From Mucilaginibacter sp. (lineage in GTDB: Bacteria > Bacteroidota > Bacteroidia > Sphingobacteriales > Sphingobacteriaceae), in contig DATMOF010000006.1 of assembly GCA_035568395.1 (NCBI GenBank), positions 28,393-92,392 of the forward strand: DNA of 64,000 nt, given 5' to 3'. The notes beneath the pieces are model-generated. The model had not been told where the DNA came from and did no database searches. It was given only the letters and a program-made list of their open reading frames with translations. The position numbers were made by a program, and so were the translations under genes. Positions 1 to 8,136 of this stretch are shown here, in pieces (position 1 is the first letter of the stretch; each line of letters opens with the position of its first letter).

Positions 1-88
1 GATACACCTGATACAGCTGATACACTTCAAATAAACGACATAACAAACAGGTTATAAACCATTTGTATTTTCAGGCAAAAAAAGCATG

Positions 89-409
89 TCAACCCGGGTT
101 GGTTTTGCCGGTGTTGGGTTGGGTTATTTTGTGCAGGTTATACCGCATCACCCCGTTTTTTTCCGAGCCGGTGAGCAGGCCCTTTTCGTACAGGCGGCGC
201 AGCGTTTCGTGCACCAGCGCGCTAAGCTGTTCGCCGGTAACACCGGGTTCCAGCTTCTCCATTTGAGCGATCACGTCGTGCGCGCTGCCCTCGCCTATTT
301 CGGCCAGGGCGAATATCATTTTGTTTTGCTGCGTATCCGCGGCATCAAAATGCGGGGGAACTTGCAGGGGTTTATATTCTTCTCGAAATTCTTCGTCGGT
401 CAGGCTCAT
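89..409 (-). CDS. Hypothetical protein, possibly winged-helix-like
   Basis: 106-aa ORF. The segment EGSAHDVIAQM...LVHETLRRLYEKGLLTG...RYNL resembles a wHTH. Overlaps the upstream small ORF at 406-409, suggesting an operon. Confidence 0.6.
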   Translation of the reverse strand: MSLTDEEFREEYKPLQVPPHFDAADTQQNKMIFALAEIGEGSAHDVIAQMEKLEPGVTGEQLSALVHETLRRLYEKGLLTGSEKNGVMRYNLHKITQPNTGKTNPG

Positions 410-591
410 GCTTTCTTCGCCTCCGCTTCCTTCTTAAAGTGCAGGCGCGCCTGCTTCAGCCCGGTGGCTATGGCTTCGCCCTCGTTGCCGGTGGTCTTTA
501 ACACTTCATTCGCAATCTCAACCGCTTTATCCCTTATCTTTTTGGGCTGGTTTTTATAGCTTGGCGGATAGTCGCCGTTGTGCCAGGGCAT
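406..591 (-). CDS. Small YdaT-like protein (61 aa)
   Basis: MPWHNGDYPPSYKNQPKKIRDKAVEIAN resembles the Bacillus YdaT-type N-terminus. I moved the start from 618 to ATG 591, which is preceded by GGAGG. Confidence 0.7.
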   Translation of the reverse strand: MPWHNGDYPPSYKNQPKKIRDKAVEIANEVLKTTGNEGEAIATGLKQARLHFKKEAEAKKA

Positions 592-739
592 AGTTCCTCC
601 TTTTTTTACTTGGAACAATGGGGTGAGGAAAAGGTTTGGGGGGAGAGGGAGGGGGCAACTATCCGGGTTTCTTGCAGCCTTCTCTCCATTATTGTTTCCT
701 CGTTAAAAAATCTTATATTAGATAATTATAAATCACCTA

Positions 740-1297
740 ATGAGTACCTTATCTGAGTTTGAAGAGTTTCTTTTAAAAGAATACGAAAATATTGCCAAGG
801 CGCATTTCGAAGCTCAGAAGCAATTTGCAGTATTTTTTCGTTACTATATTTTATTTGCGTCAGTACCCGTGCTTATTTTGACAACTGCCGACAAGAACAA
901 TAAGGTATTTACTGATAATATCTTCGCTTATGTTCTTTTGTTCCTAGCATTTGTTGGCTTTTTCTTTTATTTATTCGTAATCAATGTTAAACATGAGGCT
1001 GTATTATATTCCCGAACAGTGAATGGGATAAGGTATCATTTTTACCAGAATGCACCATCGCACGCAGCAAACGTGCAAGTATTGCCTCTTGATAGAATAA
1101 AGCCTAAATACTACAATCCTTTTAATCCAGTTTTATTAATAATGATAATCCTAAATACTCTATTTACATGCTTGGGATTATATTATGACGGAAATAAATC
1201 GGTTGTAATTTTCATTATAATCGCAGTACTGATAGTTGCCCTGCACATCATAAGTAATTATATTCAAAGTAGTTTACAAGAGAAGAAATATCCCTAA
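740..1297 (+). CDS. Predicted 4-TM membrane protein of unknown function
   Basis: 185 aa with four hydrophobic stretches (FFRYYILFASVPVLIL; IFAYVLLFLAFVGFFFYLFVI; VLLIMIILNTLFTCLGLYY; VVIFIIIAVLIVALHII). AT-rich; 17 bp upstream of the radical SAM gene. Confidence 0.75.
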   Translation: MSTLSEFEEFLLKEYENIAKAHFEAQKQFAVFFRYYILFASVPVLILTTADKNNKVFTDNIFAYVLLFLAFVGFFFYLFVINVKHEAVLYSRTVNGIRYHFYQNAPSHAANVQVLPLDRIKPKYYNPFNPVLLIMIILNTLFTCLGLYYDGNKSVVIFIIIAVLIVALHIISNYIQSSLQEKKYP

Positions 1298-1314
1298 TTA
1301 CCAAAAATTAACAG

Positions 1315-3249
1315 ATGCCAAGAAATATTCTTCTTATAGAGCCTAATTATAAAAATAAATATCCACCGATCGGATTGATGAAATTGTCGACCTATCATAA
1401 ATTACTGGGCGATAATGTTCAATTCTTTAAAGGTAACTTAAATGATTTATTGCTTGAGAGAAAGCAATCTGAATGTTTGAGAGAATTACAATCAATACCA
1501 ACAAAGGATAGTATTGATATTTCTGAATTAGTTTACAGTTATCTAAAAACTAAGAGACTAATACTTCTAGCTGAAATTAAATCAGCTTATAATGACGGTG
1601 ATCGAAAGAGAGTTGAAGCCATACTAAAATTTTATTCGTATAAATATATTCCAATAGATTATTGGGATAGAATACATATTACGACGTTGTTTACCTTTTA
1701 TTGGAAGATCACAATTAAAACCATTGAGTTCGTAAAGACATTGGTATCGGACAATAAAAATATCTTTATCGGTGGGGTAATGGCGTCATTGCTTAAAAAC
1801 GAAATTGAGATACAAACAGGTGTAAAGCCACATGACGGCCTATTAGATAAACCCGGTATTTTGGATTCAGGTAATGACTTAATAATAGATGAATTAACAT
1901 TAGATTATTCAATACTTGACGAGATAGATTATAAATACCCTACGCAAAGCGCCTACTTTACATTCATGACCAAAGGTTGCACCCGCAAATGTTCTTTTTG
2001 CTCTGTACCCAAATTGGAGCCGACGTATAAAAGCAAAATTGAATCTATTGATAAATTCCAAGAGGTTACTGCGACTTATGGTGAACAAAGGAATTTACTT
2101 TTAATGGACAACAATGTTTTAGCTTCACCTAAGTTTCCTGAAATTATACAAGAAATTAAGGATATGGGTTTTTATAAAGGGGCAACTTTTGAAGAGCCTA
2201 ACCAATTAGATATATCAATCCGAAACCTTGAATCAGGGCTTAACGATAAAGCCTACATTAAAAGAAGTTTAGCACTCATAAATAAGTTTCATAAAAAATT
2301 ACGCGGGCCAAATAAACAAAAAGCCAATTTGATATTGGCTGAATTTGGAATTGGAGAAATTAAATATACATCAAAGGAAAATCTGATTGCGGTTTATCCT
2401 CATATTTCTGCGTTATATGAAAAATACCGTTCTAAGAAAACAGTTTTAAGGTTTGTCGATTTCAACCAGGGAACTGACGCTCGGTATGTAACCGATGAAT
2501 TAATGCAGTTAATGAGTGAAATTCCGATTAGACCATTAAGAATAGCTTTTGACCATATTGGCATTCAGAAACAGTATGTTAAGGCTGTGGAATTAGCAGC
2601 CAAGTATGGAATAAAAGAACTTTCTAACTATATCCTTTTTAATTACCAAGACAAACCTGCGGATTTTTATAACCGTTTACGAATCAATATTGATATGGGT
2701 AAAAGACTGGATATAAACATCTTTTCCTTTCCAATGAAATATGTTCCATTATTTGGTGAGGAAGCAAAAGATCGAAAATACATAGGTACACACTGGAACA
2801 GAAAGTTTCTACGGGCAATTCAAAGCATCCTTAATGCAACAAAAGGGATTGTGGCCCCTGGATATGATTTTTTTGAAAATGCCTTTGGTGTTGATTTAGA
2901 TGAGTTTATAGAGATTTTGTACTTACCGGAGCAATACATTATGAATAGAAAGTATTGCCTTAATGCCGGGATTACGGAACAATGGAGGAATGATTATAAT
3001 TCGTTAGACGTTTATGAACTCCTTTTAGCAAAGGAAATTATTCATGAAAATGATTTTTCCGATATTGTTTCCAAAAGCGATAATATCAAAATACAACGGC
3101 TCTTGCAGCACTATACACATGCCAAGCTTTCTATAGCTGATACAGAGTTAGAAGTTAAAAAAATGAAACTTAAATACAACAAGCTTATTAAGGATGATAT
3201 GTTTAAGAATCTAACACTTACCTATGATTTTGATGGATCTATGAATTAA
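1315..3249 (+). CDS. Radical SAM protein with B12-binding-like N-terminal region
   Basis: CxxxCxxC motif KGCTRKCSFC (Cys codons at 1978, 1990, 1999). N-terminal YPPIGLMKLSTY and IFIGG motifs; later DNN and DFNQG motifs typical of this radical SAM group. Confidence 0.85.
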   Translation: MPRNILLIEPNYKNKYPPIGLMKLSTYHKLLGDNVQFFKGNLNDLLLERKQSECLRELQSIPTKDSIDISELVYSYLKTKRLILLAEIKSAYNDGDRKRVEAILKFYSYKYIPIDYWDRIHITTLFTFYWKITIKTIEFVKTLVSDNKNIFIGGVMASLLKNEIEIQTGVKPHDGLLDKPGILDSGNDLIIDELTLDYSILDEIDYKYPTQSAYFTFMTKGCTRKCSFCSVPKLEPTYKSKIESIDKFQEVTATYGEQRNLLLMDNNVLASPKFPEIIQEIKDMGFYKGATFEEPNQLDISIRNLESGLNDKAYIKRSLALINKFHKKLRGPNKQKANLILAEFGIGEIKYTSKENLIAVYPHISALYEKYRSKKTVLRFVDFNQGTDARYVTDELMQLMSEIPIRPLRIAFDHIGIQKQYVKAVELAAKYGIKELSNYILFNYQDKPADFYNRLRINIDMGKRLDINIFSFPMKYVPLFGEEAKDRKYIGTHWNRKFLRAIQSILNATKGIVAPGYDFFENAFGVDLDEFIEILYLPEQYIMNRKYCLNAGITEQWRNDYNSLDVYELLLAKEIIHENDFSDIVSKSDNIKIQRLLQHYTHAKLSIADTELEVKKMKLKYNKLIKDDMFKNLTLTYDFDGSMN

Positions 3250-4265
3250 ACCCATAGACTAGTTACAGTAAAAGATTTTTTTATCATGTCTATCGGTTCT
3301 GGATTAAAATCCGTTTCCGCAATTCTTCTTTCGGTATAGCACGATAACGCCGTATTATTGGCGTATAGAAATTTCATCGCTAAATATTCATCTACATTTT
3401 GATGAGCAACCGGCGCTTCGTGATTTACAATATTAGTTCCTAAAATTGTAAAAGTCAGCATCATTGTTGGCATCCATTGGTTAGTTCCACTAATCCTGCG
3501 CCCACCCGACCCTTCATAATACATCGGGGGTAAAAATTCAGCCCTGAAATTATATTTTGCAAATATCTCATTTAGGTGGTAATATGTATATGCCTTAATT
3601 AGCCGTGCTTGTCTGCTAGGGTCTATCCCGTTATTATTAATTCTGGTCCTGTACTTTTTAAATTTACTATTATTAATATCATCGTAGTTTCTTTCCAAAA
3701 AATCAGAATTTACAGTAATAAACATTAAAAATTTATCAGATCGATTTGCCTCTTCAACATTAACCTGGTGTTCGATCAATTTATCAACGGCATCCAATTT
3801 ATAACATTCAATTTTTTTACCATCGGGATACACTACTGGAAAGGGCTTTGTCAAAGTGTTGCAAAAGTCCAAGTTATAAACAGTAACATAGTCGTTCTGG
3901 TTAAACTCCTGGCCATCCTCATCGTAGCCGGTCATAACTACTTGCTCTAAATAACCTTTATATAAGTTATAGTCATTTAAAGTTCCCCTGATGGTGCAGG
4001 CATTTAAATAATCTTTCAAAGTTTCAAACTCTTTTTGGGCTTCTTCGTATTCCTTATCGTCATCCAAACATTGGTACGCGAATACCATATCAAGATAATC
4101 GATCCATTCCTTAATATCAAATGCCCCGATACCAGGCAGTCCCATATAGACTAATTTTTTACCCAATATCCCGTTCAAGTATTGAATAATTGGTTTAGCC
4201 CATAAAGTTCTAAAAACGTTTTTTCGAGGATGGTCAGTGTAATTGACTAATGCTTTGGCAGCCAT
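3246..4265 (-). CDS. SAM-dependent methyltransferase-like (Rossmann-fold) protein, function unknown
   Basis: 339 aa. LVYMGLPGIGAFD resembles MTase motif I; VYNLDFC and FLMFITVN resemble later strands. Family assignment is tentative. Confidence 0.55.
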   Translation of the reverse strand: MAAKALVNYTDHPRKNVFRTLWAKPIIQYLNGILGKKLVYMGLPGIGAFDIKEWIDYLDMVFAYQCLDDDKEYEEAQKEFETLKDYLNACTIRGTLNDYNLYKGYLEQVVMTGYDEDGQEFNQNDYVTVYNLDFCNTLTKPFPVVYPDGKKIECYKLDAVDKLIEHQVNVEEANRSDKFLMFITVNSDFLERNYDDINNSKFKKYRTRINNNGIDPSRQARLIKAYTYYHLNEIFAKYNFRAEFLPPMYYEGSGGRRISGTNQWMPTMMLTFTILGTNIVNHEAPVAHQNVDEYLAMKFLYANNTALSCYTERRIAETDFNPEPIDMIKKSFTVTSLWV

Positions 4266-4267
4266 TA

Positions 4268-5947
4268 CTAAAATTCGTCATTGTTAATGTCTTCTATCTC
4301 ATTTTTTAAACTAATGAGTTCATTAATGAAGTCTTCCTCAGTTGCGGTTGTTGGCCTGATATACTTCTGTTCCAACAGATCGAAAATTTGTTTAATGTCT
4401 TTGCTAAACTCGTAGCCAATCAATTCAACAACATCAGCCAGACTACTTGGAATTTTTTCAACATTAGGTTGCTCCCTAGATGCAGGTGCCTGACTTAAGA
4501 TTGCAGCGGTTTCTGTAATGGTTGCTGGTTTTTTCTTTTTTGCTTCCTTTTTTACTTCTATAAGGTTTTTAATCTCAACTATAAGGTCATCCAATAGTTT
4601 CATAGTAGTAAGAGCTTCAGCTTTAATGGAAGTTCTTATTTTCCATCCACCACCGGTTTCCACTTTCCCACCACCAGCTTCCATTCTTTTCTTAAACTTA
4701 TTATATTCAGTGCTTATCGTCTTATATACATCGAGAAGCTTATCACTATTGCTTTCAAAGAAACGAAGCTGCGAACGGGTTTCCCGATATAAATCAATCA
4801 ATTTTACAAGTTCAACTTCCGCTTTTTCCTGTTCTTGGTAATCGTTAGCATCGTCATTAAATTCTTCTGCCGTATCTTCCAATACTCGATAAAAACTTGT
4901 TCTTAAGTTGGAATATTCAAAGTCATTACGTGCACCATTTGGTAGTAACTGCGGGTGCACCACAATGATTTCTCCGACATAACGGTTAAAAAACTTAGCA
5001 CCGAACTTTGCTAACAAATTATCCCGTACACCTAAAGCAAATCCCTGCTTTCTAAGCAAGAACCCTCTGACTTTGGCATTAGGAATAACGTTATTACTGG
5101 CATTCAAGACTCCCCATGACACCCCATAAAACTCGGTATCGCTTTGTAGAATCTTAAATACTGGTTTGCTTGGTTTGGATGGAAGAAAGTCCGAATCCTT
5201 ATAAGGGCGGTATAAATCTTCTTTTCTACCATTAATATCCAGGTTTAGAGTTATAATCCGAAATATTGCACCCCGTTCTTTACACTGTTCATCTATATAT
5301 TCTTGAATTTCTTTGCCTGGTGTAAATTCTGGATGAAATGGAAGTGGTACTACTTTTTCCAGATAATCAGACACCTCCTCAAATTTGGATAATGACATAA
5401 AGAAATTCTCTTCCACCCCGGACATTTCTACCCTTGTGCCGACGGTAGGATAATCTGCATTAGTCAACGCTGTAAATTCGACATGATCTTCCAATAGAGG
5501 CAATAAAGCAACCTGGCTGGCACCTTCCTCATCAACATTTAATTTCAAAATCCGGGCTTCTTTTTGTTCGTCAAGAACATCCCGCATTTGTTTAAAATTA
5601 AATATAAGTTGGTTCGGTTCGTGACCATCGACTTTTGAATGGATAACTAATTTATCACAAAGGTGAAATGAGCTATAAAGCCCGATACCCATAAAACCAA
5701 CACTCAATTTAGGGTTCTTATCAGACATCCCAACCCTCACTGCCCGGCGCATAGACCCTTTGGTCATGCCAGTACCGTAATCTTGCAGAACAATTTTATC
5801 GCCTCTTATCCGTATTTCAATTTTTTCTGCACCAGCATCTACACCATTCTGGACATATTCACGCAAAGCATCTTTGGGATCAGCGTACATCCCTTTTGTA
5901 ATTATGGATATAATTTCGCCACCAATATCATTTTGTGTGAGTTTCAT
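4268..5947 (-). CDS. GHKL (HSP90/MutL/MORC-like) ATPase
   Basis: LREYVQNGVDA (N box), QDYGTGM (G1), VGFMGIGLYS (G2); S5-like region with GEIIVVHPQLLPNGARNDFE; helical or coiled-coil C-terminus. Confidence 0.85.
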   Translation of the reverse strand: MKLTQNDIGGEIISIITKGMYADPKDALREYVQNGVDAGAEKIEIRIRGDKIVLQDYGTGMTKGSMRRAVRVGMSDKNPKLSVGFMGIGLYSSFHLCDKLVIHSKVDGHEPNQLIFNFKQMRDVLDEQKEARILKLNVDEEGASQVALLPLLEDHVEFTALTNADYPTVGTRVEMSGVEENFFMSLSKFEEVSDYLEKVVPLPFHPEFTPGKEIQEYIDEQCKERGAIFRIITLNLDINGRKEDLYRPYKDSDFLPSKPSKPVFKILQSDTEFYGVSWGVLNASNNVIPNAKVRGFLLRKQGFALGVRDNLLAKFGAKFFNRYVGEIIVVHPQLLPNGARNDFEYSNLRTSFYRVLEDTAEEFNDDANDYQEQEKAEVELVKLIDLYRETRSQLRFFESNSDKLLDVYKTISTEYNKFKKRMEAGGGKVETGGGWKIRTSIKAEALTTMKLLDDLIVEIKNLIEVKKEAKKKKPATITETAAILSQAPASREQPNVEKIPSSLADVVELIGYEFSKDIKQIFDLLEQKYIRPTTATEEDFINELISLKNEIEDINNDEF

Positions 5948-6166
5948 GTCTTATTTCTAACGCGTGTGTGTTTTTAAGTTTGCTAATGTAAAGATAGTTA
6001 TTATGTTGTATTTATCTTTTTCAGATTTATCGTTCATTTTTGCTGTGGAAAATGCCCGCCAGGTCAAGCGTCCCACTCTTAACCACATTAATTTAATCAT
6101 AGCGCAACCAAATAATTTACCCCATCTTTTATTTACGTATATTCGGGTAACTTATCAACTGTTATC

Positions 6167-6559
6167 ATGACTATAACCGAGTACATCACCAGTGCGCCGG
6201 CAGAATGGCAGGCCACCTTAACCGCCATCCATGAAGCCATACTGGCCAACGACCCAACTGTGACCCCGGTAATGAAGCCGATGATGGGCAAGGAAATGAT
6301 ATTGTATGAAGAGCGCTGGTACATGAAGTACGGGCTGGCCAGTACTAAAAACTATATGTCGCTGCATTGCCTGCCGATGTACATGCACCCCACCCTGCAT
6401 GCCAAATACGCGGGCCTGTTACCGGACGCCAAATTCCAAAAAGGCTGTATCAATTTTACAGGCGGGGACGCCATGCCGCCAGCGGTTGTAACCGCCCTGA
6501 TAGCTGAATGTTCGGCTATCAGCATAGCGGACATGCTTGAAAAGCGAAAAAAAAAGTAA
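6167..6559 (+). CDS. DUF1801 (YdhG-like) protein
   Basis: TITEYITSAP...LTAIHEAIL, GLASTKNYMSLH and FQKGCINF match the DUF1801 pattern. Confidence 0.8.
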   Translation: MTITEYITSAPAEWQATLTAIHEAILANDPTVTPVMKPMMGKEMILYEERWYMKYGLASTKNYMSLHCLPMYMHPTLHAKYAGLLPDAKFQKGCINFTGGDAMPPAVVTALIAECSAISIADMLEKRKKK

Positions 6560-6583
6560 ACTAAAAATTGAAGCTCATCCGCC

Positions 6584-6607
6584 CGGTCGAGCGTCTGCGC
6601 TTGACCG
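6584..6607. repeat. REP-like GC hairpin
   Basis: CGGTCGAGCG-TCTG-CGCTTGACCG, a 10-bp stem with one G-U pair, just downstream of the DUF1801 stop. Confidence 0.5.
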
Positions 6608-6634
6608 TAATTAATTCAAGCATCCAGGCACAAT

Positions 6635-6672
6635 AAAAAAGCCCGTCCCCACCATACGGGGGACGGGCTTTT
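6635..6672. terminator. Bidirectional rho-independent terminator
   Basis: AAAAAAGCCCGTCCCC-loop-GGGGACGGGCTTTT between convergent genes. Confidence 0.85.
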
Positions 6673-6705
6673 CACGAAAGGAACGGGAATCGAACCCGCA
6701 AACTT

Positions 6706-8118
6706 TTATCTCCAACCACCGCCCAAAGCCCGGTACAGCTCCGAAACGGCACTCAACTCCGATCGCTTGATCGAAGCCAGCTCCAGTTCGCTTTGCAATA
6801 CATTGCTTTGCGCTGTTATCACCTCTAAATAGTTGGCCATGCCGTTTTGGAACAACATCCTGGAATTGGCAGTGGCCTGCTGCAGGGTTTGAACACGTTT
6901 GGCGGCAATGCCCTGCTGAACTTTCAGCTGCTCAATTTTAACCTGCGCATCCGATACCTCGCCCACAGCCACCAGCACCGATTGCCTGAAACTGATAACG
7001 GTTGCTTCACGCTCAACTTTTGCCACATCGTATTGTGTCTTCAATAGTTTATGATCCAGCAGCGGCTGCACTACGCTGCCGGCAACCACCCCGAACAGCG
7101 AGGCCGGGATGTTAAACCAGTTGCTCGCCTTAAACGAGTTTACCCCGCCCTGTGCGGTTATCCTTAATGCCGGGTACATGGCCGCCTTGTTGATCCCTAC
7201 TTTTGCATTGGCTATGGTAAGCGCCAGCTCCTGGCTCCGTACGTCGGGCCTGCGGCTTAGTATAGCCGACGGGATACCCGCCGACAAGCTTTCATTAAAG
7301 GTAATATCATTTAAGCCTGCGTTCCTTTCAATTTTTGCCGGCAGTTCGCCTGCTAATATTTGCAGGGCATTTTCCTGCAGGGTAATATCCCGCTCAAATT
7401 GCGGTACCAGTTCGGCAGCGGCCATTTGCTGCGCCTGCGCCTGCTGCACCGCAAGCGAGGTTACCTGCCCGGCGTCGAATTGTAATTTAATGATACGCAG
7501 CGTGCTGTCGTTTAGCGCCACATTCGTTTTCGCAATGGCCAGCTGGTCGTCCAGCATCAGCAGGTTATAATATCCCTGCGAAACACTTGCTACGATATTG
7601 GTTTGTATGGCCTTTTTCGCTTCTGTTGTTTGCAGGTAAGCCGCAAGCGCGCTTTTGTTTTGATTGCGGATCTTACCCCAGATATCAGCCTCCCACGATA
7701 CCGACAGGTTGGCCGAATAGTCTTCTATGTGCTTTTCGCCGATCTTATATTGCGATAAGCTTAACCCGGTTATACTGTTATCAGACGGGCGGGTAGTGTT
7801 GGCCGTTACGTTAAGGCCAACTTCGGGCACGTAGTTCCATTTTACCTGCTTAACCAGTAATTGCGATGCCTCGATATTTTTGAGGGCCAGCTGCATATCA
7901 TAGTTTTTTGCGATAGCGCTATCGATCAGCTTTTGCAGGGTAACATCTGTAAAGAAACTTTTCCATGGGATATCCCCTATACTGGTGGTATCCGTGGTCG
8001 CGACTGCATTCCTGAACGAGTCAGGCAACTCAGGTTTGGGTGTCCCGATATTTTTTGAGACGTTACAGGCGCTTAGTATCACTAAGATAAAAGCCAGCCC
8101 GTTTATATATTTTTTCAT
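6706..8118 (-). CDS. RND efflux outer-membrane lipoprotein (TolC/NodT family)
   Basis: Lipobox LSAC; SWEADIWGK, LSRRPDVR and YRALGGGW motifs. Confidence 0.95.
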   Translation of the reverse strand: MKKYINGLAFILVILSACNVSKNIGTPKPELPDSFRNAVATTDTTSIGDIPWKSFFTDVTLQKLIDSAIAKNYDMQLALKNIEASQLLVKQVKWNYVPEVGLNVTANTTRPSDNSITGLSLSQYKIGEKHIEDYSANLSVSWEADIWGKIRNQNKSALAAYLQTTEAKKAIQTNIVASVSQGYYNLLMLDDQLAIAKTNVALNDSTLRIIKLQFDAGQVTSLAVQQAQAQQMAAAELVPQFERDITLQENALQILAGELPAKIERNAGLNDITFNESLSAGIPSAILSRRPDVRSQELALTIANAKVGINKAAMYPALRITAQGGVNSFKASNWFNIPASLFGVVAGSVVQPLLDHKLLKTQYDVAKVEREATVISFRQSVLVAVGEVSDAQVKIEQLKVQQGIAAKRVQTLQQATANSRMLFQNGMANYLEVITAQSNVLQSELELASIKRSELSAVSELYRALGGGWR

Positions 8119-8136
8119 GATTGATCTTAATTTAAA

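Noticed and set aside
63-559. Plus-strand ORFs 63-266 and 86-559
   Set aside because: Antisense shadows of the two minus-strand genes; no recognisable motifs.
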